The position numbers and the translations under genes are program-made. Below are positions 12,086 to 22,606 of a DNA stretch of 64,000 nt, in pieces (position 1 is the first letter of the stretch; each line of letters opens with the position of its first letter). The notes under the pieces were generated by a model, which saw only the letters and a program-made list of their open reading frames with translations, ran no database searches and was not told the origin of the DNA. The stretch is from Neoechinorhynchus agilis (taxonomy: Eukaryota > Animalia > Acanthocephala): assembly GCA_051530055.1 (NCBI GenBank), contig CM121341.1, positions 14,300,784 through 14,364,783 on the forward strand, in the 5' to 3' direction.

Positions 12086-14700
12086 CATCCGCACTCACCT
12101 CAGGAACGAGAGCTCCCAGATAGACATACCGCTCTATCTGTTTTAATTGCTCAACGCCATTCGGCCCTTCGCCAGAGACTGTATGCGCGACATGCGGAAT
12201 CGTCTTTTTCAAGTTGATGGTCAGACCAATCATACTCGCCCTCTCGCACAGTCTATTTAGCATGCGTTGAGCTTCTTCGACTGTTGAGGACATCAATACG
12301 ATGTAGTCGGCATATGCCATGTAGGAGGCGCGTATCTTAGGATACCTACGACCTCTTTTTCTCAACAGAAGAAATCCATCTTCATCATTCGATAGTGCCC
12401 ATCTCATTACCCAATCAAGTACCAGGATGAAGAGGAAAGGAGCCAATGTGTCGCCCTGCAGAACACCTGAAGTAGTGGAAAAGTATTCTGTCAAACCGCC
12501 AGCTATCTTTACGGTGGACCTTGTGTTTTTATATAATGCCATAACGGATGTGACAATGATCGGCGGCACTCCATACTCCTTTAAGATACCGCCAATCATC
12601 GTTCGATTTATTGAATCGAAAGCTCGACAGAAATCAACAAATACCAGCGTTACATCCGTTTGATGAATTCGTGCCTCCTCGAGGATCCACCTCAAAGCCA
12701 ATATGTGCTCTGTGGTGCCTCGAGCTTTCCTGGAGCCGTTCTGTTCAATTCTTAGAAACGGTTCGAGGATTGGCTGAATTCGGCGTCTCAAAATGCTGCT
12801 GAAAAGTTTTGCCGTGTTGGACATCAAGGATATACCTCTGTAGTCCTCCACCTTTGTCGATCAGCATTTCTTGGGGATCATTGTTAAATGCGCCGTTTGC
12901 CAGATTTGAGGTACTGAGCCACCATTCATTATGCCATTCATTATTATTATGATTTTTCTGGCAATGCATTTAAACCTCGGTACCTCTGCCATTATCCCAT
13001 CTGGGCCCGATGCACGTCCCGCACGCATCATTTTTGCCGCAGCGATCGCTTCCTTCACGGAAATCGGTCCAGTGAAATATGCCTCAGTGCTTGGGACGAT
13101 TGTGCCTTTTGGAAGTGCAGGACTCACTTTCAAAGACGATAATGGCGAATTGGGAATTTCCGCAAAATAGTTTGCGATGGACCTTCAATCAAAGTTCGCT
13201 GTCGTTGGGATCTTCCTGTGAGAGTGTTTATGGCTCTCCATGCTAAGGAGGTACGAACAAAACCTTCCTTATATGCGATCCCGCGCACTGCATCCTCTAT
13301 CGAAGCCTTTTGCTTTTCATTATAGAGGTTGGCAAGTTCAAGACTTGCAATGCGAGCCTCAGATCTTTTTCCTCTTTTTCTTAGAGTTTTGATCTGCTCA
13401 GTCATTGCCATAAATTCAGTCCTCCTGCCATATAACATTTGCAGCTTTTATACGCCTCATTTTTGCGAGGGTTTTCTCGGCCGCTTCGGTCACTGCGTCG
13501 CAGATTGACTTGTAATAAAAATCAATATCCGTTTCAGCAGCTGGCATCGAGCTCAGTTAATTCTATAGTTCGATATCGAACTCTTTCCTCTTCTCCTCAT
13601 TAGCGAGGGCGCCATAGAATGGACGTGGAGGATGTTGAGGCGTACGAAACAACGTGTCACTCATGCTCAACTGACACATCACCAACTCGTGGTAGGTTGG
13701 CAGCCCATCAACTGTGAATGTGTCAGCGTTTTTGACCCGACATTTTTCCCTACGTCTTAACAATATATGGTCAAGCTGAGTTAAGCTTCTCTTGGTATTT
13801 TTTCCCATGGCATGTTTGGACGGATTCTTTTGACCCATAAACGTCGCCAAACGCCACGAACGCTTCCGGAATAAAGTGTTAGCAGACACGAGATCATGCC
13901 GCTCCAGCGCCTCAACCAAGTACCGGCTGTTCCGATTCTCGCCTTTCAACACATATAGCGATCTTTCGGAATGCGGTAAAATCGCGTTGAAGTCACCGGC
14001 TATTAGGAGGGTGTCTCTGTTCGGTACATCATCTAATGCTTCGGCTAGATTTCCATAAAATCCTTCAACCGCCTCTTCATCCGACGAGGAGGTCGGTGAA
14101 TATACGCCAAAAGCATATAGATTTCTCGACCGAAGCTTTATGCTGACACGAAGGTTTCGGTCAGTTACAGTACTGCATAGTGCTGAGTTTCGAAGGCGGG
14201 GTGATAAACAAACGCCTACACCTCCATTTCCTCGACTGTCCGCAGATAGGTAACATAATGACCAGCCTCCTCCTAAATCCTCCTGATTTACGTCTGTGTC
14301 TGACTGGCCTCTTATGCGCAATTCTTGTAAAAACACAAAATCCATTCTGGCGTCCCTTGCCAATTTGGCCATGGTTCCCCTGCCCCTTTGCGCTCGCAGA
14401 CTCCTACAATTTAAGGATCCGATTAGCTGGGTCAAAGGGCTCACGGCTGTCAGCGCCACCTGAACAGTCCGTACCCACCACGGTGATGAGCTTCGACTGA
14501 CGCTTTCGTTGCTTCCGGCGACAGTTTCGCTCATTTCGACGCTCAAGTCGTCGGCGAGAGCTACGACGCCCTCGATTTTCCCGTTGCAATGGTGGATTTT
14601 GTTGCTCCTGTTCGCTGCCGCATCACCAAGTGGAGCGGCACACCGACCCCGCGTTGACAGGCTACTATCAGTAGCTGTCTGGCCGCCGGAGCTGAACATG
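12085..14700 (-). mobile_element. RTE-like LINE (APE + RT), frameshifted, native 3' end missing
   Basis: APE motifs GSLNCRSL, FLQE, IAGDFNA, QLDHIL; RT motifs YRGISL, VDFCRAFDS, GVLQGDTLAPFLF, YADY, YVYLG. Confidence 0.9.
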
Positions 14701-15369
14701 AAGTCCGATCATCGTGAAAGAAAGTTAGGGACTGAAAGAAAGGCATTTAAATTTTGTAAATTCTTTCAGAAACGTTTTGAAGGTGGTAAGATATAGCTGA
14801 AGTATAATTTGGATAGAGCTGGGTGTTCTCGTTGCAATGACAGTTCTTTATTGGATTCTTATATCATGAAAATGATCGTTATCGACCTTCAGTCGAGGTA
14901 CTTTGTTTTGCATTCTTTCTGACAAACCCTGCAAACTCCTGTTTGTTCCATGAGTTTGATTTAATTATCACTCAAGGACCTCTGAAATTCGATGCACATT
15001 ATCGATTCTTTTGCATGGTCTTCTTTGTATGTGACGATTCTGAAATAGAATGACCGCTCGCTACTCTGCAATATCCATTCGTAATGGATCGCGATGATGT
15101 AGACTGCATTTAACACACTGCACTGGAATCCATGCTAACCGCTTTCGAACGGTGCGTCGGCAGTTACTCATCGTCGTACTTGGCCACTGTGCTAAATGGG
15201 TATTTTAAGTGGTACTTTATTTTGTGGAGTGCTAGTTATAAAAAATTAATATATTTTTACGGAAATTTAGGCCATTCATTGAATTGGATGTCTTAGATCA
15301 GAAATAATTTCTTCAAACTGCTAAAAAATTTGACTAAAACAGTTTATACACATTCACACCGCCGTTCTG

Positions 15370-15600
15370 GATAACTCAGCTGCCGTCCTGGTGTAATGGT
15401 CGAAAAGACGGATGCGGAGTTCCTCTCCCATTGAACAGCAAGGACTTAGATCTTGCAGGAGGAATGCTAACGCCCTCGGATCGTCGGTGATTCGTCTCAA
15501 TCTTAGACAATTGCTTGACCAGGTCCTTCGAGGACCTTAAAGGGAACGAAATAATGATTTCGACCCAGGTCCCCGTATTTGGTATTTTTGCTGGGATTAG
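15370..15600 (-). mobile_element. CRE-like short 3' fragment
   Basis: DLGRNHYFVPF and the tail ccattacaccaggacggcagctgag on the minus strand. Confidence 0.75.
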
Positions 15601-15624
15601 GTTCACTTTTCCACTTTTTCGTAG

Positions 15625-18272
15625 ATGTCCGACGGTAATTCAAACCAATTTGATTATTTGTTTGATTTTTCGAAGGACGATGTTGTATCCTTGATCCAAA
15701 CAGAGGACATAATAAGTGACAGTGATATAGGTCAGGTCGTAAGGACCTATTTGTCCCATGACACTGATACGTCGGCATTGGTTGAATCTCTTGCGTACAA
15801 CTACAGAGGTTACGCAGTGCAAAACTCAATTCTGGACGATATTTTTGATTTGCATTTTCAAATTATATAAAATCGTTATTTGAAAATGGCGAATGTAACA
15901 GATCTGGGCGAAGATCCAGTTCTTGATCCAACGAGTTCTCAACGTATTTTACTTCGTAGATGTCGAGAAATAAACGAAAAAATCTTGAAAGCGGCGTCGA
16001 AAACAAAAATTCTTATACAATGTCTTCTTCGAGTCAATCATCCTGATCAACTGAAATCTCTTATAGAAGAAGATCGTGAGCTCATTAAGCATATAGCATT
16101 TAACTGTAAAGCTGAAGTAATTTGCTTTAATTTCATTTTATTTGGAAAAGTACTACATTATCTCATTTACCTCTTCCTGAACGACTGCTATTCATTGTCA
16201 ACCAAACGGATTTTAATCTCGCTTTCTACCTTCTCACCATTAGTATTCTTAAGAACGATGCACGAACTTGACGAAACCAACTCGGATTCATATCGAATTT
16301 TTCAACTGCAAAACGATATAACGTGCTCCGTGGTTGAAGCGTCAGTTGGTGCCGTGGACGCCGATCTTGCTTTTAGGCAATTCTCACAAATTGACCTTTC
16401 TTATAGCTGGATAGCCGCCCTTCTATTTGATGCGATTTCGAATGAAAGCGATTTAAATGTTGAGATAATCTCGATCATTTTACTTTCTGAGAAAAAATTA
16501 ATTTCATGAAATTCGAAATTACTGTCTATAGAATAAGCTTAAGCTCGCTTCCGCCTTATTAATTTTAAGCTTTAGCGCCTCATTTTCTTGTGTGATACCA
16601 AGAAATACACCGTTAATTTTTCTATAATTGTTTCATTATATCAATCTTTGCGTATTGTCATTTTATTTTAACTTTAATCGTCGCAGATACGAAAAAACTT
16701 TAATAACTTCTTTAGTGTCTTAGTAGAGCAATCCTTTTTTGGTTCTTGTAAAGATGTTTCCATAGATCTTTTTTGTTACGCGAAATAAAGAAAAATGATT
16801 AAATTTGATTAAAATTTCGCCCTCTACATGGGACTTCTTGAGAAGTCGATTAGATTGATTTACAATTCTGAAGAAGTCCCACTTAGAGGACGAAATATGA
16901 ATCAAATTAAATCATTTTTCTTTATTTCTACTGACCAAAAACGAACTTTTTGTTCAAAAGATTACCTCAACGCATATTTAGCAAACTCGAAATCATTTTA
17001 AAAGACCCCAATGAAGATCGGTGCAACACTGAGATCGGTAGACTTCTTGATCATCCAATTGTGTTTCGAGCATTGGCACGGGGATGCGTCTGCCCAAGAT
17101 TCATGGAGAAAAACACATTCTTTACAAAGAGACCTGAAATGTTGATTGAATTGTTTGATAGATTGATAACCTCTCGTCGATTAGATGAAAATGACAATTC
17201 GGAAGTCCAGATCGAAGGTATTGACGAAATTTACAAAATAAGCGATTTTATCTCCTGTCTACGGAGTGACAGCGATGAAGAGCGTTTACAGAATGTTGAT
17301 AAGATATTGGACGCCGTTGTAACGTTAGTTTCTTTTTTTATAGAAACGTCAACGATTGTTTTAGATCGATACTAATGAGCCGCTTAACTTTAATGCACGC
17401 GGAAATGTTTATCAGTCCACTGATAAACCTGCAATGTGATATACCGAATCTTAGGGTGCATTTTGCACTTATTCATGCAGTTAGTATAGTCGAGATTCTT
17501 TTTTCGCTAATTAGAACTAACCAAATTAATGTGCTTTTCTCAAAATTATAATATAATCGCATTTCGTTAAATGCACCCTTTGAAAAGTCGATCGACGGAG
17601 AAAAGAGCAGTCAGACGAGTTTATTAAAATTTAATTCCTTATTTAAAAGCGGCAGGCGATGCTAGCGTGCAAACGATGCTTACTTTATGATTTCAAATCA
17701 ACTTGAAACGGCCTTGTTTTCTCACAACACTTTTCGATGATGTAACTGAGATTCTTGTACCAAATCAGAATTTTTAATTTTAGTAAAGAACCCACTATCG
17801 CTAAATTTGTTTCATAGTCAAAAAACAAGACAATTTCTTAGATTATAAATCGATGGGCAGATTTGCAGGAAGAGGTATTTCTAATGACATCTCGGCTTCT
17901 TGAAGCGTTCAAGCGATCTCAATTGGTAAGCTAATTCGCCGTATATTAATCGCCTTAATTTTGAATCATTAGCACAAAGAAATAATTGCCTCATTGGTTG
18001 AAGTACTCGTTCATTTGAGCGTGGAAGGACAAGAGTGGTTGGTCGTTAAGTTGATGGAAGAAGTAAAAACTTCCCAGGAAGGTGAATGGTGCTTTATTGT
18101 CGGAACATATCTTCAAGAACTTTTGCCAATCATCGACGGACCTTATTCTGAGTGGTTTGTCGAAACTATTCAATCTATCAAAGATGCACTATGGGCTAAT
18201 TGTGCATCTATTGTCCCCATGTGTGAGAAAAGTGAGGAATCAGACAACGAAGGTAGCTATAAAAGTAAATAA
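15625..18272 (+). CDS. NELFCD: Negative elongation factor C/D (TH1), multi-exon; middle exons unresolved
   Basis: DIISDSDI...VRTYL...LVESLAYNYRGYA aligns with the TH1 N-terminus; RSQL, VHLSVEG and ELLPIIDGPYSEWFV align with the C-terminus; canonical introns near 17742 and 17926. Confidence 0.78.
16783..16927. mobile_element. Foldback/MITE hairpin (~60 bp arms) in a NELFCD intron
   Basis: aaataaagaaaaatgatt(a/t)aatttgatt and atttcg(c/t)cctcta...gggacttctt(g/c)agaa are present as inverted copies. Confidence 0.85.
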
Positions 18273-18348
18273 AAAAATTTTCTCAAATGACATTGTAAAA
18301 AACTATGTCCGTCGCACATTCATAACGAAAATTCTTCTTTTGGAAGTC

Positions 18349-19857
18349 TTAGAACTTGAGACGGTGCGGATATACGCCATTGTCAATATGGAACTTTGAT
18401 GCGAGATAACCCTTCATGACGTTTCCATACTGTTTTGTGAGAGCATCTAACACTTGTTTGTCAACTTCCTTTTGAACAACCATCCTCTTTTGACGAACAT
18501 CATCGGGTAATCTAAACTTCACGTGCACGGCGCCTTCACTACCTTCGCCGAACACACTTTCCACCACTTTCTTTTGATTAGACGACCTATCGAACTTCTT
18601 GCGATTTTTACGCCGGAGTTCCTTTTGCTTTTTATCGTGTCTAGCGAACATGTCGTCATTTACCGTTTCGGGCAATTTTATATCATCTAACTTAATTCGG
18701 GTATCGGTTGCCAATAGATGGTTCTGATTTACGCGTCTTAGAGGACATCCATTAAGACGATAAGGACCAGTGACCAAAGCCAATCCGGATCGTTCCATTT
18801 GCTTCAGAAACACAACACGTTTACCTACTTGACATCCAGCCAAAACAATGCACACGGTTCCGGATACCAAAGATTTTTTAAGCTTAGGCAAAATAACTCG
18901 CTTGCTGTTCAGACGACGTTTCCTTCTGGCTTCTCTTCTTCGGTTAAATCTCATGATTTCCGTTGGATAGTACGTCTTTGGTCGCGGTCTATTTGTGACG
19001 ATCAAAACACTATAAGACGTGGCAAAAAAACCGGAAATGAGATTTAAAAAAAATGTGCTGATGCTTAAGCAGGCAGAGGAGCAGCCACCGTCGCTGAGGA
19101 TCTCACAAAAAGACCAAAAACAGCTACTTGGGTCGAAATTGGCGTCGAGACTCTCGGGTCGTTTGATACCGCGGCGCAGGACCTCGTAAAACAATTGTCC
19201 AAGGGACTCGGACGAGGGCACGAGAATTTCTAATGATAAAAAATTACGGGGGGGGAGAACGCTGTATTCGTCCTTTCGACCACTTCATCCGGACGACACA
19301 AGAAAGTGATCCTTCGAACTCTTTTTTACGAAAAAAAACCGGCAAAGGAGCAACAACCGCCGCTGAGGATCTCACAAAAAGACCAAAAACAGGGACTTGG
19401 GTCGAAATTGGCGTCGATACTATCGGGACATTTGATACCGGGGCGCAGGACCCTGTAAAACAATTGTCCAAGAGACTCGGACAGAAGAATTCCTAATGCA
19501 AAACATAACGGGGAAAGGCTGCATTCGCCTAGATCGGTAGGTGTTTTTCGAACTCTTTTTATGAAAAGAAACCCTTTCCTGAGACTCAAACACATTCCAA
19601 ACTAAAATCCCGACCGATCCAATCGTCGCACTACGAATGACCCGTTCACCGCCATTCTTGGCTCCACCGATAGGTTTAACCTTGTTAGTGTTAATTTTTG
19701 GCTTGATTTTTCGAGCTTCCTTTGCCTTCTGCTTCATTTCTGCGTTCTTTTCAAGAAGCTTGTGGATTCTATGAGTGTGAAACAAATGCCCTCTACTGTA
19801 CCGCATGAGTCCATCAGCCGTGATTGGAAAGTTCTCGTGCTTCTTTGGAGTCGACAT
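18349..19857 (-). CDS. RPL6: 60S ribosomal protein L6, interrupted between about 19633 and 18989
   Basis: KPIGGAKNGGERV, YYPTE, SLVSGTVCIVLAG...GKRVVFLKQ...GLALVTGP...NGCPLRRVNQ, YPHRLKF. Confidence 0.95.
19075..19535 (+). mobile_element. Tandem pair (~270 bp period) of CRE-like 3' fragments inside the RPL6 interruption, antisense to RPL6
   Basis: Two copies of gctgaggatctcacaaaaagaccaaaaacag...gggtcgaaattggcgtcga sharing the same internal deletion. Confidence 0.85.
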
Positions 19858-20773
19858 TTCGAGAAATAAACTGTGGGGGGTGGAGACGAGGCGATGCTCT
19901 ATAAGATCTGGAAGAATCACACGTTCTTACGTCATTCGCAGGGAAGCAGTGTTTAGAACGAGTTTTGTATCGCCGATGTATCCGCGAATCGTTGATGCCC
20001 TCTTTTGCGCGAATAAGCGATTTTTCCCTCTAGAGTACTTACTGATGGAATCAAGTATTCTCAGTAAAAACCTGATCAAATATTTTTGCATAACCTTTTT
20101 GGTATTCGCCTTAAAGATCTCATGATTGCTTCTTTTTTTAACATTTGTCTATCCGGCATAATCCGCTACCTGTTCAGTGGAATCTGTCATTTCGTTCATT
20201 TCCGAAGACTATGGCGAAAAGGTCATCAGAACGGAAGGGAATTTAGTGCTTCGTTTTCCGCGCGCGTGTGCGCTACAAATAACACGCCTCGTAGCCACGA
20301 GGGAGGTTCGAAACCGTTTTCGGGGCTCGGGGGAACGTGTTTGATTCCATTTGCGATCCAACGGATTGAACTACGTTTTTTTTGTTCTAGAGGAGGATAT
20401 TTGATCAGACCATTTTTGAGTGTTCATGGTGATTTCCCTCACATACACGCCCCTCCATGCTCGTCGTTTCATGTCACACTCCGCAACAAAAGCAAACTCT
20501 TTCGTCTGATAAATTGCCACTGCAGACTTCGCAGAACTGAGACATGTAATACGATCAACGACGCCCAAAACGTTCCGATTGATCGCCAAGGACTTGTGTA
20601 AGGAATTCCTTTAGATCAAAATGATGATGGATTCTTTAGGGAGTACGTCTGCAGAATTCGTTTTTGTTCACCTTTTGGAAGTATTGCCTTAATTACTCGT
20701 CGAATTTGGAGAATCGAGAGGAAGATCCTTCGGGTATTTGAACCTATGCAATCATAAAATTGTGTTTCTCTAT

Positions 20774-20864
20774 ATTTCGTCCGTCGGATTTCTTCAAGTT
20801 GCTTGTAAGGAACTCTAATATTAAAAACTTACAAGCAACCTTAAGAAGTCCGACGAGACGAAAT
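20774..20864. repeat. Imperfect hairpin, ~36 bp arms, 18 nt loop
   Basis: atttcgtc...gttgcttgtaag / cttacaagcaac...gacgaaat. Confidence 0.8.
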
Positions 20865-20968
20865 GTTGACAATTAAGATTCTCATCACCAAAGAACACAA
20901 TCATAAAACATATTGAATTAATCATCGAGAAATTCGCCTTGATAATGTTAGAATTCCTTTTTATAAGA

Positions 20969-21087
20969 GGAAAATTGAGGGAGTCTATTAGGTTCGATAT
21001 TTCGAAGGCACAATATCAAGGTTGTTTGGAAATAGATGAAAGAAGAAAGGCGTACAAGATTGTCGAAATATCAAATTCAGTAAATTG
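20969..21087. mobile_element. MITE family A, degenerate copy
   Basis: ttcgatatttcgaaggcac and aaggcgtacaagattg...gaaatatc TIR remnants. Confidence 0.65.
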
Positions 21088-21794
21088 TTTCAACAAAAGT
21101 AAAAAGGTGAGGATCGAGTACTCTCATCCAAAAATTTATGATTTTAGTCAAGCGATCGCCGCGAATTGGCAGTAGATAGATCCTATACATTCTTTATACT
21201 ACATTCTGACGCTGAAAACCTAATACCTTTTAATGTCGAGATATGATGAAGTTATATGGTTTGAAGTGTTATTTAGAAGTCTTCACCCGGCAGAGAACGT
21301 TTTTACTGACGACATTTCGAACCTCGCCGGGTTCATCATCAGTTTGTTATTAAAATATGTCGATATGCGAGGAGATACCGAGTTACATGATAAGAGTATC
21401 TTCACCACAATACTAATATTTTATTAAAATATGTTGATCATGATCAGAACAATTCCAATTCCGGCTGATCCATTTTAGCATGCGATGATTGCCCCAGTTA
21501 GATCATTTGCATCCAAGATCGTGTTATTGCCTTCGTTTCTGTAGGAAGGATTCATATACAGATACAAGCACAGAAATGTGGCTTCAAAGTAAGGATCACG
21601 CTGAACCGTACTACCGAGCTCCTACTAGTTCACAGCCGGATACATTCTCCTTTATTGAGACATATATATGTTGATTCTAGAATGCACGCCTTAAATCGTT
21701 GTTTTCCCTTCACGGATTAAGCTCTAGAACATATCTTTCCTTTTATCACTGTGCGTTTTTATGGCTATCTTTCATCGTTTACTTTCTGTCCTAC

Positions 21795-21941
21795 GAAAAT
21801 TTCGAATTTATTGAATCCGATATTTTTGGAAGGCACCACATTCTTGTATGCGTTTATCAAAAACACTTAAACAACCTTTTAGAAAAGAGTACAAGATTTT
21901 GGTGCCTCCGAAATATCGAATTCAATAGCTTCAATTTTCCA
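21795..21941. mobile_element. MITE family A
   Basis: Both TIRs present (gaaggcaccacattcttgta / tacaagattttggtgcctccgaaatatcgaattcaata). Confidence 0.75.
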
Positions 21942-22606
21942 CCATGTAAAAGGACATGAACGATTCAATCTTTAAACATTTCGACAAGTATTAATTTTTT
22001 CTTTATTCAAATCTTCCATGTGCGTATCCTTGAATTTGATGGAATTCGCGGGAGGACGTAATATTTTCAATAAATGTCATAATATAGTGTGCCGTTTTTA
22101 TAATATATACACTTTTTTGTCATAAAAATCAGAGATACATTTTGTTGCTTCTTGCCTTTTTAATTATAAAAAAAATATTCCCGTCTTCCATAGTTTGTTT
22201 TGATGAGGGCGAATTAAAGTATGCTTTTGACTCCTGTGGACACTAAACAGAGAGGGGAGCGATGCGAAACTAAGAGCTCCGATTCGTTCAACGAGAGATG
22301 TATTGCTTATTTGCCACGCTGAAATCCGCTAAAACGAATAATAGAAGTGTTTTGGGCATGAAGAGCGCATTGACCTCGCATTCGTTTTGTAGGTTGCGTT
22401 GTAATGTTCGTTTGTGTGTGTGCATCACTTTACTCAAAATCCCTTGTTCTCCTTTTCCGTTATTACGCAAGTTGCATCGTTGAGACCGTCGACATTTGCA
22501 CTTTTCCGACCCTCCCACGCCTTCTGGCTCAGAAGTCTGCTGTAGCGCATCTTCCCTCCGTTTCTTCTCTTTACACCGTGTGCTTTCGTTTATTATAAGA
22601 GACTGA

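Noticed and set aside
20290-20320. B-box-like ggttcgaaacc
   Set aside because: No A box or second copy found.
20086-21960. Short ORFs between RPL6 and MYPT1
   Set aside because: No recognisable homology, and several overlap MITEs.
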